A stretch of DNA of 16,719 bases from an uncultured Verrucomicrobiales bacterium (GCA_938091905.1 CALKOM010000186.1:1-16719); one strand, 5' to 3'; positions 1-9,800 are shown, counted from the first letter of the stretch. Program-made: numbers and translations. The notes: generated by a model from the sequence alone, not told the origin.

Positions 1-156
1 GGTGGTGGATCGGCTGGCATCAAGGGCAATCGCCACATCCAGTTCGATAAAGTGACCCCTCTTGCAAACCTACATCTCACGCTGCTCGACCGCGTCGGTG
101 TCCACATGGAGAAATTTGCAGACAGTAATGGCCTCATTGAAGAGCTGGCAATCTAG
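1..156 (+). CDS. 3' end of DUF1552-family protein (partial, enters from left edge)
   Basis: Frame 1 reads GGGSAGIKGNRHIQFDKVTPLANLHLTLLDRVGVHMEKFADSNGLIEELAI, stop TAG at 154-156. This matches the KGxRH...TPLANLxLTLLD..GV..ExFxDSxG C-terminus I recognise for DUF1552 proteins, which commonly precede ankyrin genes. Not in the supplied ORF track. Confidence 0.75.
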   Translation, partial: GGGSAGIKGNRHIQFDKVTPLANLHLTLLDRVGVHMEKFADSNGLIEELAI

Positions 157-1534
157 CCTACTCGCACTCGTTGGGCTTACCAACACTATGCTAGCTGCAG
201 GATCGGGTAACTCCGCTCTCCTTGAAGCGGTCCACCAGGATCAGGTCGAAAGCGCCCAAGCCCTTTTGGCCCAAGGCGTCGATCCCACGATCGCTAATCG
301 GTATGGTGTCTTGCCTCTAACACTCGCTTGCAAAAATGGCAACGAAGCCCTGGTCAGCGCATTGTTGAAAGCTGGTGCCGATGCCAATGCTGAAGGCAAA
401 GGAGGCCACACTCCACTCATGGTCGCTTCGCGCACCGGTCGCCCAGCCACGGTCAAAGCCTTGTTAGACGCTGGTGCCAAAGCAGACACGGTCGACCGTA
501 GACGCCAATCCCCTCTCATGTGGGCAGCCGTCGAAGGACACACGGAGGTGCTAAAGTTGCTGTTAGATGCCGGTGCCACTGATGAGACGGCGTTGGGCTC
601 TGGGTTCAACGCCTGGTTCTTCGCCGCACGCCAGGGACACATCGGGGTGATCGATGCGCTTCTCGCTAACGGTGCAGACGTCAACGCGCCCATGGTGAAT
701 AGCGGTGGCGGCGGCCGCACCCCAAGGAAAGGTACTAGCGCCCTCATCCTAGCCATTGAGAACGGCCACTTCGACCTGGCAACACGTCTGTTAGAATCTG
801 GTGCCGATCCCAATGACCTACGCTCTGGCACCGCTCCCTTGCACGTCCTGTCGTGGGTCCGAAAACCCGTCCGCGGAGACGGTATCGACGGCGCACCGCC
901 GCCCCACGGCTCTGGGGCAATGACCAGCCTCCAGTTTGCAGAAACGCTCATCGCACAGCACGGAGCCAAAGTCGATCTCCAGGTGAAGCGAGGCAGATCT
1001 GGAAGCAACCGTCTAGGTCGCCCGGGCGCTTCGCCTTTTCTCATGGCCGCTAGAACTGCCGACCTCCCGCTCATGAAGTTGCTCGTGAGACACGGAGCCG
1101 ACTTCCGTTTACCTAACCAGCAAGGCCGAACGCCGCTCCTTGCCGCCGCTGGGGTCGCCCTAGGTCCAGAAGCTGACGAAGCCGCCACCGAAGCGGAAGC
1201 CATGCTCGCGGTAACCTACCTCCTCGGACTCGGAGCAGAGATCGACCACGTCGACGATGAAGGCGACACCATCATGCACGCCGCTGCTTACAAACAAGCC
1301 CCAAAGCTGGTTGCTCTGCTAGCCGAGAAAGGCGCCGACATCAACGTCTGGAACCGAAAGAACAAGAAGGGTTGGACCCCACTATTGATCACGCAGGGGT
1401 TTCGCCACGGAAACTTCAAGCCCTCGGATCAAACGACGGCCGCCGTTTCTAAAGTCATGCTAGCCGAGGGGGTGAACCCACCGCCAGCCCCGCCGCCTCC
1501 CGGGACGGACAAGAAAGAGAAGTATCAAAACTAG
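128..1534 (+). CDS. Secreted ankyrin-repeat protein
   Basis: Many ankyrin repeats (GHTPLMVASRTG, SPLMWAAVEGH, SALILAIENGH, SPFLMAARTAD, GRTPLLAAAG, GWTPLLI) and a Pro-rich C-terminus. Start is more likely ATG 128 (MASLKSWQSSLLALVGLTNTMLAA, signal-peptide-like, overlapping the upstream gene end) than TTG 62. Confidence 0.9.
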   Translation: MASLKSWQSSLLALVGLTNTMLAAGSGNSALLEAVHQDQVESAQALLAQGVDPTIANRYGVLPLTLACKNGNEALVSALLKAGADANAEGKGGHTPLMVASRTGRPATVKALLDAGAKADTVDRRRQSPLMWAAVEGHTEVLKLLLDAGATDETALGSGFNAWFFAARQGHIGVIDALLANGADVNAPMVNSGGGGRTPRKGTSALILAIENGHFDLATRLLESGADPNDLRSGTAPLHVLSWVRKPVRGDGIDGAPPPHGSGAMTSLQFAETLIAQHGAKVDLQVKRGRSGSNRLGRPGASPFLMAARTADLPLMKLLVRHGADFRLPNQQGRTPLLAAAGVALGPEADEAATEAEAMLAVTYLLGLGAEIDHVDDEGDTIMHAAAYKQAPKLVALLAEKGADINVWNRKNKKGWTPLLITQGFRHGNFKPSDQTTAAVSKVMLAEGVNPPPAPPPPGTDKKEKYQN

Positions 1535-2078
1535 TCGTGCCGAAGTTTCCTGAAAAAGGATAAAGGGTAAAGCGCATGGAATGAAATGACAAATGTTAGC
1601 GTTTCTAACCTGCCTGATCGGAGTGGTTCGGAATTCATGGAATCAGGGAGCCCTCGCTATCCATCCATTCCGCAAGAGCTGAGGCAATTCTTCAATGAAG
1701 ACAACGCTGATGAAAGTCCGCCCGGACGACGAGCATATCTCATTCACATGAGAGTAAGCTAGCGAGAGGCTCTGAATTCAGGCCTTATAGAGTCTTGCAA
1801 CGAGATTGGTTAGCGCGTTGGTCGTTCCGGTGGCCACGTCCGCCAGATCGCCCATTTGCAATCTGAAATCGTCAGTTTTCTGAAAGCGTTGCATGGTAAA
1901 GATGATCTCAAGACGTTTTCCAATCGCCGCCTGCGAACCATAGCGCTCCTGCCACCCGACCAACAGCTCGAAGCGTTTCAGGACCAGTTTGGGACCGAAT
2001 TGCGTGCCTGATTCGATTCATCTGATTCACCGCAAGCTTCAGGTCGATCTGTAGCTGAGAAAAACATCCGGAACACGC

Positions 2079-2933
2079 TCAGCGCCCCCTGCTCCTGAAC
2101 CTACTGATCAATAAAGCGGAAAAGTAGGCTGCCGCAGCGACAAGGATGATGGTCGGTCCGACGACAGTGTTGAGCCGAAGACTGATTTCCATGCCGGTGG
2201 CAATGAACAGGGCGCAGAGCCCGGCGGATAGGAGCATCATCATGGGCAGCCCAGGTGCAAGTCGGGAACTAATGGCTGGCGGGAGCGTTAGGAGAGCGAT
2301 CACCATAATGATTCCTATCATATGCACAAGAAGGACCACGCTGACAGCCGTCATACACAGGAGTAGGAGGTAAAAGAAGGGAACGGAAACGCCGCGGGCT
2401 CGCGCGAACTCTTCATCGAAGCAGATGGCGACGAATTGCTTGTGAAAGAGGATGGTGCACAGAACGACCATGCCACCCAGAAGGCTGACGGTCCAGAGGT
2501 CTTGATCACTAACGAAGTTGATATTCCCGAAGAGCCAGCTCTCGATGTTCACACCAGCGCGGCTGACTTTCTTGACGAACAGGATGCCGAGGGCCATGCC
2601 GGTTACCCAGACAGCTCCGATAATCGTGTCTTCCCGTTCACTGCGCGACAGGACCACGCAGCCGATGAGCAGTGCGGAGCCGATGGCAGCCAGGAAGGCG
2701 CCTAGCATTGGGTCGAAGGCGGTCCAGCCGAGTTCGTGCGTTGCGTAGAGTGCAAAGCCGATGCCGCCCAGCGCGCAGTGGGCGATGGCGCCTGCGATGT
2801 AGGTAATGCGTTTGGTGACAACGTAGGTGCCGACGATGCCGAAGACGACACTGGATAGGAGTCCAGCAATCAACGCGGTGCGAAGAAAGCTGAAGAGAGG
2901 ATTGCCCAGCGCATCTAAAAGAGCACTACCCAT
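2079..2933 (-). CDS. znuB: Zn/Mn ABC transporter permease (ZnuB/ABC-3 family)
   Basis: Multi-TM protein with GTYVVTKRITYIAGAIAHCALGG, EDTIIG, WLFGNI, FDEEFARARG and IALLTLPP motifs. Likely start ATG 2933 (MGSALLDALG), overlapping the ATPase stop by 8 bp. Confidence 0.9.
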   Translation of the reverse strand: MGSALLDALGNPLFSFLRTALIAGLLSSVVFGIVGTYVVTKRITYIAGAIAHCALGGIGFALYATHELGWTAFDPMLGAFLAAIGSALLIGCVVLSRSEREDTIIGAVWVTGMALGILFVKKVSRAGVNIESWLFGNINFVSDQDLWTVSLLGGMVVLCTILFHKQFVAICFDEEFARARGVSVPFFYLLLLCMTAVSVVLLVHMIGIIMVIALLTLPPAISSRLAPGLPMMMLLSAGLCALFIATGMEISLRLNTVVGPTIILVAAAAYFSALLISRFRSRGR

Positions 2934-3699
2934 GATCACGGTGATGAATGTGTTCACCAGGTGGGCAATCCTGATCATGGCGGACAGCGACGACTTCGTG
3001 GTCAAAGATCTCGTGCAAGGTCTTACCGCTGATGGAGATGGTAGGATGGAGGCGTACGTTACGATTCACGCACAGTACATGCTCGACCCAACTGGAGACG
3101 AACCCCAGATCGTGTGACACTAACACAACAGGCATTTCGGCGGCCAGTTCGCGCAAGGTTCCTTGGAACTGCGTTTCAAATGTCTGGTCGACATTGGCGG
3201 TCGGTTCGTCGAGCAGCAGCAGCCGTGGTTCATCGACCAAGGCACGAGCGATCAGCACCCGCTGGCGCTGCCCGCCAGAAAGTTTGGAGAAGCGGCAGCT
3301 AGACAGACCATTAAGATCAACGCGCTGCAAGGCTTTGTCAGCGACCTCTTTATCGCGACGCCCAAAGGGCCCGAGGCGTAGGCCACTGCCTAGGCGGCCC
3401 ATCAAGACCACATCGAGCACGGTGATGGGGAAACGGGGATCGAACTGCAAGGACTGGGGGACGTAACCGATCGCGGCGCGCGATTCGCTTGGGGATTCTC
3501 CCAATACCCGAATGGTCCCAGACTGTGGTGTCAGCAACCCTAGTACTAATTTGACTAGCGTGGATTTGCCGCCGCCGTTTGGACCGACGACGCACATGGA
3601 AGCATCCTCCTTGAGTTCAAAGCTGGCGTTTTCGATAATCGGTACGGACCGATCATAGGAAAAGTGAACGTTGCTAAACTCCAGGGCGACTGCCATCAC
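2926..3699 (-). CDS. znuC: Zn/Mn ABC transporter ATP-binding protein
   Basis: Walker A GPNGGGKST, GYVPQ, signature LSGGQRQRV, Walker B LLLLDEP, VSHD switch, His-rich C-terminal tail. Start GTG 3699 or ATG 3696. Confidence 0.92.
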   Translation of the reverse strand: MMAVALEFSNVHFSYDRSVPIIENASFELKEDASMCVVGPNGGGKSTLVKLVLGLLTPQSGTIRVLGESPSESRAAIGYVPQSLQFDPRFPITVLDVVLMGRLGSGLRLGPFGRRDKEVADKALQRVDLNGLSSCRFSKLSGGQRQRVLIARALVDEPRLLLLDEPTANVDQTFETQFQGTLRELAAEMPVVLVSHDLGFVSSWVEHVLCVNRNVRLHPTISISGKTLHEIFDHEVVAVRHDQDCPPGEHIHHRDHG

Positions 3700-3706
3700 A
3701 CGTTAG

Positions 3707-4639
3707 CTAGGAAGCCCCAGCAATGGCCGTAGCGATTCGGCGAATGTTAGAAATAACATCAGGATCGAGCGGATCGAGAGACTCCACCCGAGCGCCCAGC
3801 TGATCAGCGATGATCTTGGCACTGCGATCATCAAACTGGGGCTGCACAAAGAGCGTCTTCATGCCGTGATCCTTGGCTCCTTCGATGAAGGCGGCGAGTT
3901 CGTTTGGGGTCGGCTCGTTGCCATTCACCTCCACGGCCACTTGCTCGATGTTATAGGCGTCGCCAAAGTAGCCAAAGGCAGGGTGGAACACGAAGAACTG
4001 CTCGCCCGCCCTGTCATCGAGCTGCGCTTTGATTTCGTTGTGGAGCGTATCGAGTTCGGTTTGGAAAACTTTCAGATTGCTGTCGAACGCCTCGCTATGT
4101 TCCGGCATGGCGGCTTTCAATGCGGCGGCAATGTTTGTTGCCTGCACTTTCACTAGAGGTGGTGACAACCAGACATGTGGATCGTCCTCCTCGTGAGCAT
4201 GGGCGTGGTCATGCCCGTCTTCATCTCCTTCTGAGCCGTGAGAAGAGTGATCACAATACGATGGAATCTTCTCGAATCCTTCCGACATCGAAACCACCTT
4301 CAAGCCAGCGTTGGCAGACTCGATCTGACTGCTGAGTGCTTCTTCGAAAGGCATCCCCACGGTGAGAAATAGATCCGCGCCGCTCAGCACCGCCATCTGC
4401 GAAGGTGTCGGTGAGAAGTTGTGAGGGTCTTGGCCCAAGCCAACTAACACATCGACTTTCACATGGTCTCCGCCGATGCGTTGTACAAAGTCTGCCTGCG
4501 GCGGGACGCTAACGATGATACTTAGGCTATCATTAGCGACGTGCACATCGGAATCTAACTTCTCGCAGGCCTGAAACATCAGGAGAGCGAAGGAGCCAAA
4601 GACTGAGAGAAGTGAAGCGGACAGAGCGGATCGGGCCAT
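3707..4639 (-). CDS. znuA: Zinc ABC transporter substrate-binding lipoprotein (cluster A-I)
   Basis: Lipoprotein-type signal (LLMFQA-C), QDPHNFSP, His/acidic loop (CDHSSHGSEGDEDGHDHAHAHEEDDPHVWLSP), FHPAFGYF, EPTP. The His-rich loop favours Zn specificity. Confidence 0.9.
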   Translation of the reverse strand: MARSALSASLLSVFGSFALLMFQACEKLDSDVHVANDSLSIIVSVPPQADFVQRIGGDHVKVDVLVGLGQDPHNFSPTPSQMAVLSGADLFLTVGMPFEEALSSQIESANAGLKVVSMSEGFEKIPSYCDHSSHGSEGDEDGHDHAHAHEEDDPHVWLSPPLVKVQATNIAAALKAAMPEHSEAFDSNLKVFQTELDTLHNEIKAQLDDRAGEQFFVFHPAFGYFGDAYNIEQVAVEVNGNEPTPNELAAFIEGAKDHGMKTLFVQPQFDDRSAKIIADQLGARVESLDPLDPDVISNIRRIATAIAGAS

Positions 4640-4663
4640 GAAGTTAACTGTGAAGCTCTGAGA

Positions 4664-4690
4664 AATTGATGCAACCTATTTGCATCAATT
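4664..4690. promoter_or_regulatory. Perfect 11-5-11 inverted repeat upstream of znuA; candidate Zur operator
   Basis: AATTGATGCAA-cctat-TTGCATCAATT, 24 nt upstream of the znuA ATG (4639). The palindrome is seen directly; Zur assignment is inferred from context. Confidence 0.75.
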
Positions 4691-4856
4691 ACTCATTTTT
4701 CTTAAGAAGCTTGGAGCAGATTGAACCATCATCAAGCGTCACCTTGAAGTAGCCCAGGGAATCTTGTGTGCGATACTTAGAGGAATTCGGCGTTAGGTTA
4801 CGAAATGCCAATAAGCGGGACCTGTTGAGAGTTGGCAGTCCTGCGCCCAATTTGCC

Positions 4857-5138
4857 CTACCGTTCATCGGATTCACCCTCAGAAACAACTGCTTCCAAGG
4901 CGAACTGACGGATCCTTGCGACCATCCCCGACAAGCCGATTCGGCGGCCTGGGCTAAGATGAGCCTGGAGACCGAAGCCATCTAGGATCGAAGTGGTTTT
5001 GACAGAGAGAATCGCCTCGGGGCTCATTCCCGAGTATCGAGACAGCACGATAGCCACTAGCCCGGAAACGATCTGAGCATCACTGCGTCCACGAAAGCTC
5101 AAGGTGAACCTTTGCGAGCCCTCATCGTCTTCCGTTGA
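4857..5138 (-). pseudogene. sufE: 5'-truncated SufE/CsdE-family gene
   Basis: Frame reads ...EDDEGSQRFTLSFRGRSDAQIVSGLVAIVLSRYSGMSPEAIL...FGLQAHLSPGRRIGLSGMVARIR, the C-terminal half of SufE (SDAxIVxGL; LxxxLSPxRxxGLxxM). There is an in-frame stop at 5139-5141 and I found no GC[QT]SxVW catalytic-Cys segment upstream. Confidence 0.8.
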
Positions 5139-5217
5139 TCATCTTGATGCCCTGTAACGCTTCGATGGTGCGGTGGGTTCTGAACTCGGGCGTCACGTGC
5201 TTTCTCTTTCGTTTCAT
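5122..5217 (-). mobile_element. Degenerate IS3-family OrfA N-terminal remnant
   Basis: ATG 5217 gives MKRKRKHVTPEFRTHRTIEALQGIKMINGRR*, resembling the MKRKRRxHxxEFKAKVALEALKGxKTINE start of IS3-family OrfA. It abuts the sufE breakpoint. A possible eroded left end lies near 5273-5298. Confidence 0.55.
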
Positions 5218-5311
5218 CTGTGTTACTTGGGTTGTGCACCACACACGAGCCTTCGAAATCTCAATAGCTACATGGCTCTGTTTTGTACTAACATTTCAGT
5301 TATCGTGCTCT

Positions 5312-6250
5312 CTAGACATTGAAATCCGAAGGATTGCAACCTTTCACTTCCTTGAAGGCTTTGCTGAAGTGGCTGAGGCTCTGGTAGCCGACCTCGATGG
5401 CGGCTTCACTCACGTTGAACCGTCCACTTGCTAGTAGCTTTGCAGCCTGTTCGATCCGAAGCTGACGAGCGTATCGGCTGATAGTCATTCCCATCGTTTC
5501 GGAGAATAGGCGGGAAAGGTAGTAGGAGCTGCAACCGATCTGACGCCCTAGCTGCTCTAGCGTTAGTGGATGTTCCAGATTTGCGGCAATATGGGCGCAA
5601 GCTTTCTGAACCCTGTCAGAGGCTACTCGCTTCTGTTTGAAGCAGAAGAATTCCGATTCTTGGTCTTGGAGTGAAAAGAACAGAACGGAAAGTACTTCGA
5701 GAACCTTGGCTCTGTAGTAGATTGGCAGGGCAGGAGACTCTACGGAGGGTTTGAGTAGAGCCTTGGCTAGGTCTTGTTCGACTTGGCGCATGGGCCTCGC
5801 TGAAAGAGCAACAGGCGCATGGACTTGAGGCGGCTGTTCGTCGCGAAAGATTAGATCCGCGAGACCTGGAGAGAGTGCGGCCCGCTGATCTTCTAAATGA
5901 GTTCTAGCAAAGGATAGGGAAAGAGTCACTGTCAGGAATTTGTGCCGCTGCGCAGCGAGACGTGTTGCTTTGTGATTCTTGTATACCCGAAAATAGGCAA
6001 GGCTAGTTCGCTCAATCGCGAGGCGGCCAAAGGACTGAGAAAGTTGTGCCGAGCCTTCGAAGTTGAAACAGATCTTCAACGTGTCCGGCTGAAGAGATTG
6101 GCCCCAATTCACCGATTCACTCGCCTTGAGATCATGCCATTCTACGGAAAAGCCGCGTTCCAGATCTTCATGGAGGGGTCGCCAGCAACCTGGTGCGATC
6201 CTGGCCCATAAGGCTCTCTCGACGTCTTGATGATTCAACAGTATGCACAT
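5312..6250 (-). CDS. AraC-family transcriptional regulator (PchR/YbtA-like architecture)
   Basis: C-terminal double HTH: LEHPLTLEQLGRQIGCSSYYLSRLFSETMG...LRIEQAAKLL...NVSEAAIEVGYQSLSHFSKAFKEVKGCNPS; also YYRAKVLEVL linker. ATG 6250 is preferred over TTG 6292, which lies inside the operator. Confidence 0.93.
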   Translation of the reverse strand: MCILLNHQDVERALWARIAPGCWRPLHEDLERGFSVEWHDLKASESVNWGQSLQPDTLKICFNFEGSAQLSQSFGRLAIERTSLAYFRVYKNHKATRLAAQRHKFLTVTLSLSFARTHLEDQRAALSPGLADLIFRDEQPPQVHAPVALSARPMRQVEQDLAKALLKPSVESPALPIYYRAKVLEVLSVLFFSLQDQESEFFCFKQKRVASDRVQKACAHIAANLEHPLTLEQLGRQIGCSSYYLSRLFSETMGMTISRYARQLRIEQAAKLLASGRFNVSEAAIEVGYQSLSHFSKAFKEVKGCNPSDFNV

Positions 6251-6268
6251 GGGTTCACCATTCAACCT

Positions 6269-6294
6269 ATTGAGATTGAGTCTCAATTGCAACT
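6269..6294. promoter_or_regulatory. Fur-like operator upstream of araC
   Basis: ATTGAGATTGAGTCTCAATTGCAACT contains ATTGAGA-N5-TCTCAAT and the overlapping ATTGAG-T-CTCAAT palindrome; 18 nt upstream of ATG 6250. Confidence 0.7.
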
Positions 6295-6368
6295 AAATAG
6301 ATCTCAGCGGGAGTTCTCGCCAGGAACTCATAAAGTGTTGTTAACCAGTAATTTGAGTCAGTTTGTGA

Positions 6369-6401
6369 CAAGGGAGCGCTAGAATTGGCAAGGGAGCGCT
6401 A
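6369..6401 (+). promoter_or_regulatory. Tandem direct repeat, candidate AraC-family binding site #1
   Basis: CAAGGGAGCGCTA at 6369-6381 and an identical copy at 6389-6401 (period 20), in the divergent region next to araC. Confidence 0.6.
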
Positions 6402-6541
6402 ATGGAGTTTCTACGGCTATCCTTGCTGGGGTGGTGCTCCAAACTGACCGGCGATCGGTTCGAGCGGAGGGCTGGGAAGAGGAGTGAATGAGATATTTGG
6501 TCGAGAGTCTTGGCTCCACATCCGCAATAAAACTTGATCTT

Positions 6542-6567
6542 GTTGCGATTGAGTCTCAATTGCAACT
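6542..6567. promoter_or_regulatory. Second Fur-like operator directly upstream of small Cys-rich gene
   Basis: GTTGCGATTGAG-T-CTCAATTGCAAC is a 12-1-12 palindrome with one mismatch. Positions 6547-6567 are identical to 6274-6294 (21 bp). Confidence 0.7.
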
Positions 6568-6568
6568 C

Positions 6569-6754
6569 ATGGCGACGACTCTCTTTGACCTCAAAAAGAA
6601 AGTCTCTATGAAGCGGGATCAGGCCCTTATTGAAGCGTGTATCCGCGATCCGCGGTTTATCTGCCGCAAGTGCCTCCGAGCGGCGAACTGCCCCCGATTG
6701 CTCTGCAAACCCGAGAAGGCCTTTCGGGCGGTCAGTTCAAAGAAGTGCGCATAA
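6569..6754 (+). CDS. Small basic Cys-rich hypothetical protein (PxFxCxKCxRAAxxxxxLCKP)
   Basis: 61 aa MATTLFDLKKK...DPRFICRKCLRAANCPRLLCKPEK. I recognise the CxxC-x10-LCKP pattern from small conserved hypothetical proteins. ATG 6569 is preferred over 6488 because the longer ORF reads through the operator. Confidence 0.65.
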   Translation: MATTLFDLKKKVSMKRDQALIEACIRDPRFICRKCLRAANCPRLLCKPEKAFRAVSSKKCA

Positions 6755-6830
6755 GATAATGTTAGCAGAGCCCTGCTCTTGGCCTCATCTGATCGTGCGG
6801 CGTATGGGCAATGCTCATATTGACGGTCCC

Positions 6831-9800
6831 CTAGTTAGAAAGCTGATACCTAACAAACCTCGATAAGCTGGGTGCATCCGAGTCTTGAAGATAGTTTGGC
6901 AAGTTTGGATGTGTGTGGTCAATCACGCGTTCGACACGACGGTTGCCAGTGGTTTCTCCAAGAACTTGATCTTTCCCGGAGATAAAGCGATTGGGGGGCG
7001 TCGTGCGTGCTTTCTTAATAGACTGCGCCATGAAATGAATCCGGAAGCTATTCGAACGTGTGGTTAAGCGAGGGTGGAGATGAGCATAAGGGCGCTCTTT
7101 CGTATTGTCACCCGTGAGCCGATGCCGATCCCAGAAAGCCTCCATGGAGGCACGAGAACCCGTTTCGCCCTCAGGGACGAGTGGTATTTCACAGATCTGG
7201 CTGGCTGAGAGGAAGGTCCTTCCTTTGGCAAAGACCTCCTCGTCCCAGAGCCGAAGAGTCTCGTCGGCGTCCAAGTAGTGCCGGTGGCCTACGGATTCTC
7301 TTTGAGCTTTGTCAGGAATGGCCATGAGCTTCTCGGCTTTGAAAAGGGCATGCAAGGCAGTGGTCCGCTGAATGTGGTGGAACGGCTCTAGCACATGATT
7401 CATATTGACCTTGCCCTCGGTCTCAAACGGGCGACTGACAGGAAACGGTTCGACCGTAGGCATCCAGAAGAAGTCTAACAAGAGATGATCGTGGAGCCCG
7501 CTGGCTCCATAGTGTTCTTGCTGAGGCCGGAAGAGGAGCGTTTGCCACGGCACATTCGCTTGCACTCCAGTTGGCAAACTGCCGAACATGACGGGAGAAG
7601 GAAGCATCCGCTGAGGGGCAAAGTTCAACGGGTTCACCTTTGGCAAAGCCTTTCCATTGGGATTTGGCACATCGAAATAGGGATCGCCTAACTGATAGCC
7701 CCGGCTCTCGCCATCATCCGGCCGATTGATATAGGGGCCGTCTGGAGCCGGGCCCACGCCATTGTCGAAGTCGCCCGTAAGATGAGGACGACTAGGACCG
7801 CGATCACCCCCATCGAGCCTATCCTGGGCAAATCCTGAGCTGAACGCGAAGTCAGGAGCCGTTTGCCCTGCGGGTATCTCCAAGGAGGGAATGTAGCTTT
7901 GGCGTCCATGAGATGATCCAATGACGGGATTGCCATTCGGTTCAGTCAATTGATGTGCTAGTGCCTTTCGGCCCCAGTCGGGGTGAGCGACAAAGGCGCT
8001 GTCGTGGACGAACCGCTTTCCTGCAATCAATCGATGATCGCCGTGATTTGGAACGACACTCTGTAGCACATCCCCAGCGGCAAGCCACTGTTCCCCTTGC
8101 AAGGCACCTAACCAGCGCTTCTTAAGAGTCGCCGGAATGCTCGCTTCTGGCATGCGTGGCAGTCTCAGAACGTTATCTGAGATTGGCGGGGCCTTGATGA
8201 CGACAGTCTGCACGAGGTCACCACTAGCTCTGTTGGAATCGGCACTCTCGGGTGTATCGTAAAACGACAGTGACAGTGTCTTTCCGTCAGCTTCTGTTCC
8301 TGAGAAAGTGAGGTGCTCCTGGATGCCGCTAACTACGATGGGTTCAAACTGAATGAGCTGTTCGCTGAACGCTCTCGCTCCCAAGCCACCGCCCCAGGCC
8401 TTCCAGTTATGTGGGAGGTCCAGGCCAGTCTTGGCAGTGCGCGAACGTCGATCTAGTTCTAGCGGCACATCACAGACGCTGATGTAAGGCAACTCGTTGG
8501 ATTCGGTGTCGGCCATCTTCCCCGTGGGCACATGACCCACCGCGACACTCGCATAGGGACGATATTCACCCCAGCCATGGGAAGGCACGAAACCTTCCAG
8601 TATCAGACCGACCTCAAGCTCGCGATCTCCTGGTTCTATCAAATGTTTCCTGTTCTTTGCGGACGGCGTGCCACGGATCACGCCGCCCGAATCCACCTCT
8701 GCGCGGCAAACGAAGAGAAAGCCAACCTCGCTGGCAGTGAGCACCCGCCCGATGCCTTTTGGAGCTTTCAGATCCTGATCTTTCCCAGGCTTGGCTTCGA
8801 TCAAGGGCGTCACTTGTCCAAAGCCCACATGCTCATTGCCTGCACAAACCACGCAGAACTGTGAGGCCTCGTCTAGAGAGCCATCGTTGAGGTTTGTAAG
8901 CCGCGCATAGTCCATCATGGATAGCAGGATGTTGTCACGGTCATCGTTAGGGCCACCTCCATACTTGCCAGCGAAGGTCCCTCCTTGAGCGAATCCGGGA
9001 ACCGGACGATCCGTGAGGCGCTGGAGATAGCGAAAGATCTGCTCGTTCTCAAATGAGCCTGCGCGGTAGAATCGGAAATCTGCCTCACCATCCCAGGCTT
9101 GGCTGCGCGTGATGTAGTATTTCTGATCACCAATGTACGAGGCCAGCGCGGCTTTGTTGTCGTATAGTGACACTTTGTTAGCTTGTGACGTGATTTTACC
9201 TGTGGCAGGATCTAGACTGCTATGAATGGGCCAGATGGAGATACGTGGAGTGCCAAACAGGGTGGTTTCTGGAGCAGCGTTGCGATCGGTCAGTAGAAAC
9301 TGGCTCCGTTGCAAACGCCGCGCGGCTTCGGGGTGACGTTGGAAGAAGGCATGAGGCTCTCGGCTTCTGCGGTCCCAGTAAAGCTCATGCGGCGAACGTA
9401 GACGAGTATAGTAGGGATCCTCAACGAGCGGTCTATCGTAGGCATGATGCGACGTCATGCCTTTGGGGACCTTAGTGCCGCCCGCCGAGGAAAGGGGAGA
9501 GTTTGCATTGGTAATCGGGGCGAGATCCCAAAGCTGCTCCGCATCCTCAAGAGTCATCGAAGTGAGACGCGATTGAGAATGCGTGGCGTGAAACCGATGC
9601 TGGGGCAAGAGCACGGAACTCAAGCTGACCATGGCGGGGTGGCCAGGAAAGCGCTGGAACTCGCCCCGCGCTGGTTGGAAAGATGCTAGGGCGCGCTCTT
9701 CTTTGGTATCGACTCGAGGCGTGTCCCAGAAGACACCTTCAGAGCCTGTGTTGACATTGATCTTGCTCGTCTCGTCATCCACCCAGAAGGCGAATCGCCC

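Noticed and set aside
241..1203. 320-aa minus-strand ORF
   Set aside because: Antisense shadow of the ankyrin gene; low-complexity Ala/Ser/Arg/Pro composition and no motifs.
2146..4335. Numerous short plus-strand ORFs over znuABC
   Set aside because: Antisense to well-supported genes, with no recognisable motifs.
5135..5434. 99-aa plus-strand ORF
   Set aside because: Overlaps the araC 3' end and the IS scar in antisense; no family features.
6425..6490. Possible cobalamin riboswitch (ACTG...GGGAAG)
   Set aside because: Only isolated words match. The AAxAGGGAA and CCCGC core elements are not seen; an Infernal/Rfam scan would be decisive.
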